Below, in pieces: positions 37,742 to 48,099 of a stretch of DNA of 64,000 bases. This DNA is from Poseidonia sp. (lineage in GTDB: Archaea; Thermoplasmatota; Poseidoniia; Poseidoniales; Poseidoniaceae). Position 1 is the stretch's first letter. Every line of letters starts with the position of its first letter. The stretch covers positions 8,558 through 72,557 of the forward strand of contig JBMZJQ010000002.1 of assembly GCA_049617635.1 (NCBI GenBank). The letters are read 5' to 3'. The translations under genes and the position numbers were made by a program. A model generated the notes under the pieces. It saw only the letters and a list, made by a program, of their open reading frames with translations, ran no database searches and was not told the DNA's origin.

Positions 37742-40700
37742 ATGCTGAAGCAACGTTGGACGGCCGTCATGTTCGTGTGCATGATGGCGTTTGCTGGCTG
37801 CCTTGGAGCCACGGAACCTCCTGCGATTGAGGAGCCAGAAGGCCCGTCCACCTACAGCATCGCCTTCACTTGGGTCCTTCAACCTCAACAAATCCAGTTG
37901 GGAGAAGAAGCCGTGTATCTGTATGCTGTTCAGCAGGACGGAGAAGGTCTGTTTAGCCGAGAAATCTCCGTGTTGGATCCCTCGTTCAGACCCCTGGCGG
38001 TGACCTTGAGCGAACAAGCGAATGGCGACCAATTTTCCTTCGTACCCCAAACCGTTGGCGAGCACATCGTCTCGGTCAAGTTGGCCAACACCGGCACGTC
38101 TGAAATGGTCCCTGAACTGCAGCCTGTCGTCACTGTTCTCGATGTCCTCGCACCCGACGAACCCGCCCCCATCATCACCACCACCCCTCGATTGGTGCTC
38201 GAAGAACCAAACATTGTCTGGTTCGAAGGTTCGGTCACCCACACCACCGTTGAGTCGTGCACGATTGAATACACCATTTCAGACGGAAACGAGGGGCGAC
38301 TTACGCTTGATGAAAACAATGCGTGGAAGGTCCTTCTCGACTTTACAGAAGCCACGGAGTCCCACACCATTACGACGACGGCTACGTGCGGCTCGTTCAC
38401 GGTGCTAAGTGACGTTGTGACCACCCAAGTACTGATTGAAGGAGCAGGTGACGATGAGGACGGAGATGGTGTTCAGAACGTCAACGACCGGTGCCCGAAT
38501 GGCATCGGCGCCAACCAAGGATGGCAGAGCACACCAGCAACCGACGGTGACCAAGACGGTTGTCGAGACAACGATGAAGATGAAGACGATGACAACGATG
38601 GCATCATCGACACCTACGACGGCTGTCCGACATCCTACGGTTGGGTGAGCACGCCAAGTGCGGATTACGATTACGATGGATGCCACGATGCTGATGAAGA
38701 CACCGACGATGACAACGACGGCGTTGAAGATGAGGTGGATGATTGCCAAGTGGGTCGAAAAGGCTGGGCCTCCAACCGCTACAGTGACTGGGACAACGAC
38801 GGTTGTTCGGATTTGGACGAAGACGATAACGACGACAATGACGACCACCTCGACGTTGACGACCTCTGCCCGAAAGGAGTTGCATCTTGGGTATCCGATG
38901 CATCAAGTGATTGGGACAACGACGGTTGTCAGGATGCCACTGAGGATGAGGACGACGACAACGACAACGTGAACGACGTGAATGAAACCGGAGCTGTTCT
39001 GGACCTTTGCCCACAAACGCCACGAAATGCAACAGACGTGAATGAAGTAGGCTGCGCCGCCATCGAGCGAGACACCGACAACGACGGCGTCAACGATTTG
39101 GACGACCAGTGCGAAGGCACCCCCAGTGGTTTGAGCGTCAATTCGTTTGGATGCGCTGATCTGGACGGTGATGGTGTGTTTGCCAACGTGGACCTGTGTA
39201 CCAATTCTCCTGACCGATGGACGGTCGATGCACAAGGGTGTGCTGTGGTCCAGCGTCCCGTCGCATGGACCGATGCAAGCTCGCTCAACGGACCGATGCA
39301 AGTGGTTCCACAATTCTCATTCCCAACACTGAACGGTTCGTTTAACTTCAAAGACCGATGGACCGGTCACGACGTCTATTTCTTCATGTTCAAGTACACG
39401 GATTCTTCAGGGAACAACAACGGTGCAACTTGGGGCCAAAACCCAGGGAAGTTCATACGTAACCTCCCTGAAAACACACATCTGTTCTACGGCTCCTTTG
39501 ACAACTCCTATCACAACGATGTCGTACAACAACGAAACGCTGTCTTGGCTGGTTTAACGACCTCTGAGGAAGCCTACTGGGACGATCGCATCCACTACAT
39601 CGATATCGACGCAAGCAACCTCGGTGGAGGCCTCGGCTCGATGATTCAGAATTTCAACAATCCATTCTTCATGGGCATCGACCGATTCCAACTGTCGCGG
39701 GAAACCGGGTCGCTTTACGCATGGACTTCACAATCCAACGACCCTTACCACCTCTCGTACGAAGCCAACCAGTGGGTCGCTGAATTCCCAACCAAGGTGA
39801 GAGCACAGGACCCAGCCGTTCACGCAGTGAGCGTGATGGATTTTCAACGCCACACCGGTGGCTGGGGTGGAGGGCACTCATCGTTTACCAACGCTACCTT
39901 CCAGTTACCAAATAATCTGTCTTCGTACGACACCCTCGAAGTGTATCACGAACATGCATGCTACGAACGTAAAAATCGATATCAGAACGCCGACGGAAGT
40001 TATGGCGGATGCCACGAATGGGATTACCTCGCTTATCTCTATGTCTGCGATGCCAACAACAATTCGGTGTGCAATACAGAAATGGTTCGCTGGATCACCA
40101 CGTACGGGCGAGAAGGAATGTGGCTTACCGACATCTCCCCCTATTTGTTCATGCTCAATGACGGTGAAGAGCGCCGATTCAAATATGCAGGTGCCAATCG
40201 TGGAGACTTGACTGTGACCTTCCTGTTTAGCAATTGGGACAGTGGTACAAGAGCCATCAATGCAACTTACGCCTTCAGCGGCGGGCAATTTGACGGGACT
40301 TACAACAACGAATCCCGTTACAACCGTCAACTCAACTTCACCGTTCCTTCAGAAGCAACGGGTGTGAAGATTGTGGCCACCATTACGGGCCATGGATTCC
40401 AGAAAGACACGGCCAACTGTGCTGAGTTCTGTGACCACCAACACTACTACACGATGGGCACCCACCAAACCTACGAGTGGCATCCCATCGTGTACAGCAG
40501 CGAAGGTTGTGAGAACGAAGTCAACAACGGCGTGGTGGCCAATCAATACGGCTCATGGCCCTTTGGCCGTGCAGGATGGTGTGCGGGCCAAGACGTCAAA
40601 CAATGGACATACGATATCACGGATTGGGTGGACAACACCACCAGTAACCATCTGGTCTACCGTGGATACTACAACGGCGCCGAATACGTTCCATCCGACG

Positions 40701-40771
40701 GTATTGGCAACGGTGGCAGAAACATTCGTGCCGTGATCTGGATTGTCTTCTACGGGCCTACAACTGCATAG
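37742..40771 (+). CDS. Large secreted lipoprotein with tandem thrombospondin-type-3-like Ca-binding repeats
   Basis: Signal with lipobox-like FAGC. About 12 repeats of DxDxDGxxDxxDxCP (for example DTDNDGVNDLDDQCEG), followed by a Cys- and Trp-rich C-terminal globular domain of roughly 500 aa. Confidence 0.7.
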   Translation: MLKQRWTAVMFVCMMAFAGCLGATEPPAIEEPEGPSTYSIAFTWVLQPQQIQLGEEAVYLYAVQQDGEGLFSREISVLDPSFRPLAVTLSEQANGDQFSFVPQTVGEHIVSVKLANTGTSEMVPELQPVVTVLDVLAPDEPAPIITTTPRLVLEEPNIVWFEGSVTHTTVESCTIEYTISDGNEGRLTLDENNAWKVLLDFTEATESHTITTTATCGSFTVLSDVVTTQVLIEGAGDDEDGDGVQNVNDRCPNGIGANQGWQSTPATDGDQDGCRDNDEDEDDDNDGIIDTYDGCPTSYGWVSTPSADYDYDGCHDADEDTDDDNDGVEDEVDDCQVGRKGWASNRYSDWDNDGCSDLDEDDNDDNDDHLDVDDLCPKGVASWVSDASSDWDNDGCQDATEDEDDDNDNVNDVNETGAVLDLCPQTPRNATDVNEVGCAAIERDTDNDGVNDLDDQCEGTPSGLSVNSFGCADLDGDGVFANVDLCTNSPDRWTVDAQGCAVVQRPVAWTDASSLNGPMQVVPQFSFPTLNGSFNFKDRWTGHDVYFFMFKYTDSSGNNNGATWGQNPGKFIRNLPENTHLFYGSFDNSYHNDVVQQRNAVLAGLTTSEEAYWDDRIHYIDIDASNLGGGLGSMIQNFNNPFFMGIDRFQLSRETGSLYAWTSQSNDPYHLSYEANQWVAEFPTKVRAQDPAVHAVSVMDFQRHTGGWGGGHSSFTNATFQLPNNLSSYDTLEVYHEHACYERKNRYQNADGSYGGCHEWDYLAYLYVCDANNNSVCNTEMVRWITTYGREGMWLTDISPYLFMLNDGEERRFKYAGANRGDLTVTFLFSNWDSGTRAINATYAFSGGQFDGTYNNESRYNRQLNFTVPSEATGVKIVATITGHGFQKDTANCAEFCDHQHYYTMGTHQTYEWHPIVYSSEGCENEVNNGVVANQYGSWPFGRAGWCAGQDVKQWTYDITDWVDNTTSNHLVYRGYYNGAEYVPSDGIGNGGRNIRAVIWIVFYGPTTA
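38445..39250 (+). repeat. Tandem coding repeats (TSP3-like Asp-rich Ca-binding units) inside the large lipoprotein gene
   Basis: GAC/GAT-rich periodic nucleotide pattern encoding repeated DxDxDGxxDxxD units. Confidence 0.6.
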
Positions 40772-41939
40772 GTGTAGGGGAAGCAAGTTGCTCGGATTGA
40801 ACCAGCAGGGTTGTCTCGAGGTGGAGATAATCGCTGTCACGCCGTTGCGGTGTGAATCCTGCTCGTAGGATGGAGGATTGCAGTTCTGTTTCAGAAGCTT
40901 CCAGTTTGGTGGTTCCTGATGCAGAAACCACGTTTTCTTCCATCATGGTGGAACCTGCATCGTCTGCCCCCCCGAGCAAGGCCATTTGGGCGACGTGAAT
41001 ACCCATGGTTGGCCACGACGCTTGGATATGCTCGATGTTGTCCAAAAACAAACGTGAGACGGCAACATGGCGGAGATATTCAGAGGAGCCTGCCCCAAGG
41101 ACGTGTTTGTTTTGTCCACGGTTTCGACGGCCGAATGAATTGACTTCCAACTGGACTGGCCAAGCAATAAACGAAGTGAATCCGTTGTTGTGCTCTCCAA
41201 GGGAACGGTCTTGTAACTCACGCAACCGCATCATGTGTTCAATGCGTTGTTTGGCGTCTTCTCCAAATCCAATAACGTTGGTGGCACTGGTGGTCAAACC
41301 AAGCGATTGTGCTTCGCCCATCACTCGGAGCCAGTTGGCGGGTGCGCCTTTCTTTGGAGAGACATCTTTGCGAACGTCATCCACCAACATCTCTGCTCCA
41401 CCCCCAGGCAAGCCGTGCATCCCTGCTTCCTTCAGGTGAGCAAGCACGTCCAATGTGCTCATGTTGCACACTTCAGCCAAGCCTTCAATTTCTATTGGGC
41501 TAAAACAATCGAGGTCGATGGTCGGATGGTTGGTTCGAAGATGCTTCAAGAGGTCGGTGTACCATGCAAACGGCAACGATGGATTCACTCCACCCTGCAT
41601 CAAAATACGAGAGCCCCCGATGGCTTCCAATTCACGTACACGGCCGGAAATTTCCTCGTAGGTTTGCGTGTAGGTCTCGTCGTGACCTGGTGGGCGGTAG
41701 AACGAACAGAACTGGCAGTTGATCGTACAGACATTTGTGTAGTTGATGTTGCGATCGACAAGATACGTCACAAAACCTTCGGGATGCATGGCCATCCGTC
41801 GTTGGTGGGCAGCCTGCATCAAGGCATGAAGTGGGGCATTCTCATACAACTCCACGCCTTCGTCAACACGCAAGCGAAGGGAGGCGGCTGTGGAACGACT
41901 CCATGTGGCTTGCCGCTGGAGAATCTCTCGCCACTGCAT
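40758..41939 (-). CDS. Radical SAM enzyme of the MqnC/MqnE/CofH family
   Basis: CTINCQFC (Cx3Cx2C) near the N-terminus. Overall similarity pattern to the futalosine-pathway / F0-synthase radical SAM TIM-barrel enzymes. Confidence 0.7.
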   Translation of the reverse strand: MQWREILQRQATWSRSTAASLRLRVDEGVELYENAPLHALMQAAHQRRMAMHPEGFVTYLVDRNINYTNVCTINCQFCSFYRPPGHDETYTQTYEEISGRVRELEAIGGSRILMQGGVNPSLPFAWYTDLLKHLRTNHPTIDLDCFSPIEIEGLAEVCNMSTLDVLAHLKEAGMHGLPGGGAEMLVDDVRKDVSPKKGAPANWLRVMGEAQSLGLTTSATNVIGFGEDAKQRIEHMMRLRELQDRSLGEHNNGFTSFIAWPVQLEVNSFGRRNRGQNKHVLGAGSSEYLRHVAVSRLFLDNIEHIQASWPTMGIHVAQMALLGGADDAGSTMMEENVVSASGTTKLEASETELQSSILRAGFTPQRRDSDYLHLETTLLVQSEQLASPTPMQL

Positions 41940-41948
41940 CGGACCACC

Positions 41949-43322
41949 TCAAGGCAAAGGTGTGCCAACAATGCGTTCGATGTCTTCAACGGTTTTTGGA
42001 CAATCTTCGGTAAGAATCACGGGGCCGTCGTTGGTGATCAGCACATCATCTTCTATTCGAATCCCAATGTTGGCGTAGCGCTCCGGACAATCCACATCGG
42101 GGCGCCAAGCACCAAAGTAGAGCCCTGGTTCAATCGTCAGGCACATCCCTGGTTCGAGTGTTCGTGGCGTCCCACCCGGTTTGTAAACGCCAGCATCGTG
42201 CACGTCAAGCCCAATCCAGTGGCTGGTGTTGTGCATGTACCAGTTACGAAGTTCTCCATTCTCCATGTCAAGCGCGTCTTCGAGACTTTGCTCAATGACG
42301 CCCAATCGAATCAGGCCTTCTGCCAAGACTTTCCGAGCTGCTTCGTGTGGAGCGGTGTACGGCTGACCAACTTGACATGCTTCAATGGCAGCGTATTGGG
42401 CATCAAGCACCACCTGGTAAATTTCCTTCTGTGGTTCAGTAAACACACCCGAGATGGGCCAGGAACGGGTGATATCGCTGGCGTACCCTCGGTACTCGGC
42501 CCCGGCATCAATCAGAATGACTTCATCGTCCTTGCAAACATCCTGATTGGTTGTGTAGTGGAGGATGGTTGCATTTTCACCGCAGCCAACGATGGAAGGG
42601 TACGACCAGCCCGATGCACCGGCGTAGGAAAAGAACCCCTCGATGACCGATTGCAGTTGGAATTCAGTCACGCCGGTTCGACTGTGTCGCATGGCGAGTT
42701 CGTGGGCTATACTGGCCACCTTGCTCGCAAACACCATTTGTTCAATTTCTGATTCAGATTTACGAAGTCGTAATTCTGCAATCAATCCCGAGGGGTCCTC
42801 TACCGATACGGGACCGGAACCGAAGTGTTGACGTGCGCGGTCTCGGCGACGAACGGCTTGTTCGACAAGTGAGTCCACCTCGTCATGAATGCCCCCGCGG
42901 ACAAACACTCGGCGTGCATCAACAAGCCATTCACCGAGATGCTGAGCAAGGTGGTTGTGGTCATATGCTTCGTCAACGGCAAAGTTTGCGAGAGCACCTT
43001 CAACGCCTGGACGACGTCCTTCCCAGATTTCTTTGAGCGTGTCCTTGGGTTGGACGAAAAGTGAAGATATCCAGTTGCCATCGGTATTCCGAAGAACCAT
43101 GATCGATTCAGGTTCGGTCCAGCCCGTAAGATAGAGTAAATCACTTGACGTACGGTAACGGTACTCGACATCGTTGGAATGAACAGCGAAGGCAGGTGAA
43201 GAAAGAATCAACAGGTCATTGCTTCGAAATTGCGATGTGAGACGCTCTTGTCGCTCTCGAAACTCTTGGACACCGGTGGGTTTGGGTTGTTCAGGCAACC
43301 TCGCAAACGCTTCAGCGAACAT
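41949..43322 (-). CDS. pepP: Xaa-Pro aminopeptidase (M24B)
   Basis: HTSHWIGLDVHD, GMCLTIEPG and an N-terminal AMP_N-like domain. Confidence 0.8.
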   Translation of the reverse strand: MFAEAFARLPEQPKPTGVQEFRERQERLTSQFRSNDLLILSSPAFAVHSNDVEYRYRTSSDLLYLTGWTEPESIMVLRNTDGNWISSLFVQPKDTLKEIWEGRRPGVEGALANFAVDEAYDHNHLAQHLGEWLVDARRVFVRGGIHDEVDSLVEQAVRRRDRARQHFGSGPVSVEDPSGLIAELRLRKSESEIEQMVFASKVASIAHELAMRHSRTGVTEFQLQSVIEGFFSYAGASGWSYPSIVGCGENATILHYTTNQDVCKDDEVILIDAGAEYRGYASDITRSWPISGVFTEPQKEIYQVVLDAQYAAIEACQVGQPYTAPHEAARKVLAEGLIRLGVIEQSLEDALDMENGELRNWYMHNTSHWIGLDVHDAGVYKPGGTPRTLEPGMCLTIEPGLYFGAWRPDVDCPERYANIGIRIEDDVLITNDGPVILTEDCPKTVEDIERIVGTPLP

Positions 43323-43337
43323 GATGTATCCTCGCGC

Positions 43338-44897
43338 TTAGTCTTCTTGAATCGTTGCATTGTCACCCATCGGGTCGTCCATGTTTTCGAAGCCCGATTG
43401 CACCGTGACGTTCTGCCACTTTGGCAATTCAGAATCCGATGCCGATTGCGAGCGTTGCCAAAGCAAACCACCAGCGGCAACGAGGACAACCAACAAGCCG
43501 ATACCCAAAACAGAGGGTTGGACAGATGCAGATGCATCTTCGCTCGGATCGGTGATTTCAGCAAAAACCACAGCGCTGTCCGTGGCTCCGTCGTCATCAA
43601 ACACAATCAATTCAACTTCAAATACGCCGTCGGATGGGAAGTCTTCTCTGGTGAGTTCGGGAACACCACGAATGGATTGACTCCCATCAATCACCCAGAG
43701 ATACTCCACCGGTTCGTTGTCCATGCTCGCCAATCCACTGATGCTCCAGTTTTGTTCCGGTCCAAGTTTGATGGTCTGTTGGGGGCTCGTGGTGAGACCA
43801 TCAACGGTAAGGATGGCTTTTGGCTTGAGGTTTTCAACGCTAAATGTTTTGTTGACTTTGACCGTTTTACCCGACAGGTCAGTTGCCGTGACTTCAACGC
43901 CATACACGCCGGAGAATGATAGATTCAATCGTAGATGGTCGTTTGATTGTACTTCATCAGGAGTGGGTGCACGACTCGTCCCGTTTTCATGGGAGATTAC
44001 CCAAGTGTATGTCGCCGCTGCACCTTCGTATCCATCCTCAAACTCTGTGTGTACGTGAAACGGTTTCGATTCGCTGATGACATCGTCGATGACAAGGTCA
44101 ACCGTTGGAGATTGTGTATCGTGAAGCAGGTTCAATCGCACCTCACCTGAAGAGCGAAGCAGATTGTCGTCTACAGTGAGGTCAACTTGCCAAATCCCCT
44201 CATGAAGCCCGAGGGTCGTTGCGTTCATCATCACCGATAATTGAGTCGAGTCCAAGGTGTAGCCCAGTTGATGCGTGTCCGGTGCGGAAACACACACACC
44301 GAATGGTGCCTCACAGAACGAACCGAACACTTGAAGCAGTTCGGTTGATGATTGGGGCAGCGATAGTTCGGTTTCATACAAGAAGTTCCCTTCATCCGAA
44401 AGAAGGGTCGGCTGACCTTCCAGGGTCATCATCGTAGGATGGAGTTCACCGAGCAACACAGGACGATGGTGTTGGTCACCCAAGTAGACGACGGTGCTGA
44501 ACCGTTGCTCGATGTGCCCGCTATCTTCTGCTCTTAATTCGATATAACACGTGCATGAATGTGAAGCCCGTTCCACGACCAAGGTCCATGCAAATTCGCC
44601 TTCCGAGACGGGTGAAACCGATGTTAAGAACGGCCCACTCAACAAGGTAATGGGCGTTTGACCGCTGATGTTGACAATCGACCAGGTGGTGTTTCGCAGA
44701 GGGAGATTTGATGTGCCACTGAGATTGATTGTCCCATCAGAGAAGGTGGTGTTTTCATGGTGAAATACCACGACCAAAGGCGGCGCATCAGCTTCAAGGT
44801 GCGCTGCTTGCGATGAATTGGGAAAGAAACTGAACATCAGCACCATCAACACGATGATGACTGGCCTCCAGCGGCGAGGTTGAGGATTCATCTGCAT
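43338..44897 (-). CDS. Cell-surface protein with PKD/Ig-like domains and C-terminal TM anchor
   Basis: Signal anchor IIVLMVLMFSFF, beta-rich Ig-like segments (GVYGVEVTATDLSGKTV) and a C-terminal TM LLVVLVAAGGLLW. Confidence 0.55.
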   Translation of the reverse strand: MQMNPQPRRWRPVIIVLMVLMFSFFPNSSQAAHLEADAPPLVVVFHHENTTFSDGTINLSGTSNLPLRNTTWSIVNISGQTPITLLSGPFLTSVSPVSEGEFAWTLVVERASHSCTCYIELRAEDSGHIEQRFSTVVYLGDQHHRPVLLGELHPTMMTLEGQPTLLSDEGNFLYETELSLPQSSTELLQVFGSFCEAPFGVCVSAPDTHQLGYTLDSTQLSVMMNATTLGLHEGIWQVDLTVDDNLLRSSGEVRLNLLHDTQSPTVDLVIDDVISESKPFHVHTEFEDGYEGAAATYTWVISHENGTSRAPTPDEVQSNDHLRLNLSFSGVYGVEVTATDLSGKTVKVNKTFSVENLKPKAILTVDGLTTSPQQTIKLGPEQNWSISGLASMDNEPVEYLWVIDGSQSIRGVPELTREDFPSDGVFEVELIVFDDDGATDSAVVFAEITDPSEDASASVQPSVLGIGLLVVLVAAGGLLWQRSQSASDSELPKWQNVTVQSGFENMDDPMGDNATIQED

Positions 44898-44904
44898 CGC
44901 TGCC

Positions 44905-47900
44905 TCAATCACTGAACGGATCGCACAACTCACCTTGTCCGGGGTAGGATACAGGGTTGCGTGGGTTGGTGTCCCACTTGTACTCACAGAAATTCACGTG
45001 TCCGTCGCCATCGGTATCCACCATACGGTCTGCTCCGTCGTACGGATCAAACTGGAAGTGATACTCCCAACCCGTGGCCATACCATCGTCGTCGTGGTCC
45101 TGATAGTAGACTTCTGGCCCGTCGTTCCAATCGTCACCATCGGTGTCGTTGGAAATCGGGTTGGTTCCGTTTTGCATCTCCTCGTAATTGGTGTAATTCT
45201 CGAGGTTATCGTAAAACCGCTGACCGTCGGGCGTGTCGGGGTTGATATTGCACTCGGAGTTCGTGGAATCGTTGTATCCAGGGCAGTAGCGCTTGAGCAA
45301 TCCAGTTCGGTTGAGACCATCGTTGTCAGGGTCTTCAAAGCCATCGTCAATGCCGTCCAAGTCGCTGTCGGGCATGGACGGATCCATCACACCACGGGCG
45401 CCGTAAACACCGACTGTTTCGTTATCGACGAGACCAGATTCAAAAGCCAATTGCGAGTAATGGACTTCCCAACCGTCTGGCAACAGGTCGCCATCGGTAT
45501 CATCGTCAACAGGGTTGGTGTTCCAACGGTCGGGGGCTTCCATGCCGTTGGCGAGAGTGTCGTTGTCAATGTCAAACGTATCGTCTTTCATGGAGCCGAG
45601 CGAAGGGTCGAGTGCCCATCGACCGTTACAACCGTCACACAAGGTGTTGGTCGGCATTTGGAATCCCGTGAGGTTCATTTCGCTCACTTGGAATTTTGGT
45701 TCCAAGGCGAAGCCGCCGAGCCAATTCTGCCACACATATCCACCGGGCTGCATGGTGCAGGAACTGGTCTGCGTTGATTCACATCCAGGGCGGGACCATG
45801 TTGAAGTGGCCACCCACAAACTGTGGGAATTCGTGTTGTCCTCAGCAGACTTCACCTGCATCTCCCAGCCATCGAGCATGCCATCAGCATCGGTGTCGTT
45901 GAGGAGCGGATTGGTTGGGTTTTGGAACGGACGAGGTACAAAGAGCACTTCTTGACCGTCAATGAGGCCGTCATCATCGGTATCTGAATTGTTGGCGTGC
46001 GTGAGGAAGTTGTCTTCACCAGCGACGACTTCTTCACCGTCTTCCAGTCCATCGTTGTCGGTATCAAACATGCACGGGCTGGTCGAGTAGCTCTCGCCCT
46101 CCCACATGAAATTGTCACCGGCTTCTTCGAGGTCCGTCAAGCCATCAGAGTCCGTATCTGGATTCGAGGCGTTGGAGCCACCGAGGTTGCAGGTGGAGGA
46201 AAATTCTTGGTAATCCGAGAGCCCATCGGCGTCGGTGTCGTAAAGGCCGGGATCAGAAGTCACCCACGTTGGTTGAACACCACGGTTGACAACCAAAATT
46301 TCCCATCCCATGACCTCAACACCGTCCATCAAACCATCGTTGTCGGTATCGGGGTTCAACGGATCTGTGCTCCTACCGTCGAGGATACCGTCTCGGTCAC
46401 GATCGTTGGCTTTGTATTCCATCACGTTCGTGAAACGCTCTTCCTCCTCGACAATGTTCATCCAGCTGAACAACCGAGAGTCCACGGTTTGACCAACGAC
46501 GACGTTGATGGCATACACATAGCCGTCAACGGGCGCTCGCATAGGAATGACCTGCTGGTTTCCACCAGCGAGCGTGATTCGAGCAGATGCCACTTGCTGG
46601 TTTGCTTCGACCTGTTGGCCGAGCGTGACTTCAAGGCTGTGAACGAAGGCCGTGTTTTCGAGCGTGCTGTACATAACATCGCCGTCGCCATCCAAGTCAT
46701 AGCCGTCGTAATCAGGGTCTTGGTCTCGGTTCAGGGCGGAGCGTGGGTGGAGTCCATTGGAGGCTTCCCACTGGTCGGGCATGTCGTCTTGGTCAGTGTC
46801 CTCTAGCCAAGGTGAAGTGAAGTTTCCTTCGCCAAAGATTTGAGCAACTTGGTACTCCTCGAGATTGTTCATGCCGTCTTCGTCCCAGTCACCATAACCG
46901 TCTGAAGCGTTGGATGGATTCAATACGTAGGATGGATTTGGAGCCATACCCTCAATCGAATAACAGTATTCGAAGCCGTCGGGCATACCATCACCGTCGG
47001 TATCCCAATCGGATGGCCCGTTGAGGAGACCGTCGTTGTCCATGTCCATCATGAACCAACTTCGCTCAACGCCGAAGAACGGTCCAACCCGAGGAACTGG
47101 GTCAAGCAATTTCTCGTTGCATTGCTCACCCATGCCCATGTAAAGTGCAATGGTCTCGTTGGCCACTTCGACGATATCGTCAATCAGGTCGTTGTCAGAG
47201 TCACGAGCTGTTGGGTTTGTTCCAAACGATTCTTCTTCGAAGTTGGCGAGACCGTCATCGTCGGTGTCAAGAACCATGTCACAAGAATGACGGCCGTTCG
47301 AGGCCAAATCATCCCAATCAGCCATTCCGTTTTCGCCGTTAAATCGGTCCTCGAGGGCGTCCACCATGGCTTGGTCAAGCAGCAGGCAGTCCCAGTTGCC
47401 GTCGAGAGGATTGAACAGAATCACTTCACCACCGGGCGTTTGGACACCCATTGTGTACAACGACTCCCAACGATCGTTGAGTCCATCGTTGTCCGTGTCA
47501 GCGCGTTGGGGGTCGGTACCCAACTCGGCCTCTGCGGCGTTGGTCAAACCGTCACGGTCGGGGTCGCCATTGGGGCCTTGGCTTGGATCAGGCCATGATT
47601 CACTCTCGTTTTCCATGGATTCAGCCTCGGTATTTTCACTTTGGGTCGGGTCGAGCGTTTGATCCTCGGATTCCCCATTGTCCAACGGATTGAGGCCGTG
47701 GGCTACTTCCCAACCATCGCTTAAGCCATCGTTATCCGTATCCGGGTCGTTGACATCGGTACCGTATTGAGTCTCTTCCAACTTGTCAGAGAGACCATCG
47801 CCATCGCTGTCCATAGCTTCGGCCATCAACTCCGATTCACCACGAATATCCTCTTCCACTGCACTCTCGAATCCACCCACGTTTTCACTGGTTTGGAAAA

Positions 47901-48003
47901 ACCCGGAAACACCCACAAAGAGTGAACCAAAAATCAAGGTAGAAACGATTGCAACATACGCCATTTGGTTGTGGTTGAGGCTCATTGGACATACCCCGCA
48001 CAT
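44905..48003 (-). CDS. Giant (1032 aa) secreted protein made largely of TSP3-like Asp-rich Ca-binding repeats
   Basis: Signal peptide followed by dozens of D[TS]D[NG]DG[LM]xDGxE units along almost the whole length. Roughly 25% Asp. Confidence 0.7.
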   Translation of the reverse strand: MCGVCPMSLNHNQMAYVAIVSTLIFGSLFVGVSGFFQTSENVGGFESAVEEDIRGESELMAEAMDSDGDGLSDKLEETQYGTDVNDPDTDNDGLSDGWEVAHGLNPLDNGESEDQTLDPTQSENTEAESMENESESWPDPSQGPNGDPDRDGLTNAAEAELGTDPQRADTDNDGLNDRWESLYTMGVQTPGGEVILFNPLDGNWDCLLLDQAMVDALEDRFNGENGMADWDDLASNGRHSCDMVLDTDDDGLANFEEESFGTNPTARDSDNDLIDDIVEVANETIALYMGMGEQCNEKLLDPVPRVGPFFGVERSWFMMDMDNDGLLNGPSDWDTDGDGMPDGFEYCYSIEGMAPNPSYVLNPSNASDGYGDWDEDGMNNLEEYQVAQIFGEGNFTSPWLEDTDQDDMPDQWEASNGLHPRSALNRDQDPDYDGYDLDGDGDVMYSTLENTAFVHSLEVTLGQQVEANQQVASARITLAGGNQQVIPMRAPVDGYVYAINVVVGQTVDSRLFSWMNIVEEEERFTNVMEYKANDRDRDGILDGRSTDPLNPDTDNDGLMDGVEVMGWEILVVNRGVQPTWVTSDPGLYDTDADGLSDYQEFSSTCNLGGSNASNPDTDSDGLTDLEEAGDNFMWEGESYSTSPCMFDTDNDGLEDGEEVVAGEDNFLTHANNSDTDDDGLIDGQEVLFVPRPFQNPTNPLLNDTDADGMLDGWEMQVKSAEDNTNSHSLWVATSTWSRPGCESTQTSSCTMQPGGYVWQNWLGGFALEPKFQVSEMNLTGFQMPTNTLCDGCNGRWALDPSLGSMKDDTFDIDNDTLANGMEAPDRWNTNPVDDDTDGDLLPDGWEVHYSQLAFESGLVDNETVGVYGARGVMDPSMPDSDLDGIDDGFEDPDNDGLNRTGLLKRYCPGYNDSTNSECNINPDTPDGQRFYDNLENYTNYEEMQNGTNPISNDTDGDDWNDGPEVYYQDHDDDGMATGWEYHFQFDPYDGADRMVDTDGDGHVNFCEYKWDTNPRNPVSYPGQGELCDPFSD

Positions 48004-48099
48004 CTGTGCAACTTCACCGAGGCGTTGATTCGGTTATGAACCTTGACCATCCATGAGCAAGAATCCCCGCTCGAATGCTGTACAGTTCGGCGTTTGTGT

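Noticed and set aside
38445-39250. Periodic GAC/GAT-rich DNA repeats that could be mistaken for a CRISPR or satellite array
   Set aside because: They are in-frame coding repeats (Asp-rich TSP3 units) with no spacer-repeat structure. No CRISPR array was seen anywhere in the window.
41235-42752. 505-aa plus-strand ORF
   Set aside because: Antisense to the radical SAM (Cx3Cx2C) and PepP (HTSHW) genes. No family resemblance.
44935-46806. Plus-strand ORFs of 280 and 269 aa
   Set aside because: Antisense to the TSP3-repeat giant gene. Repetitive low-complexity translation.
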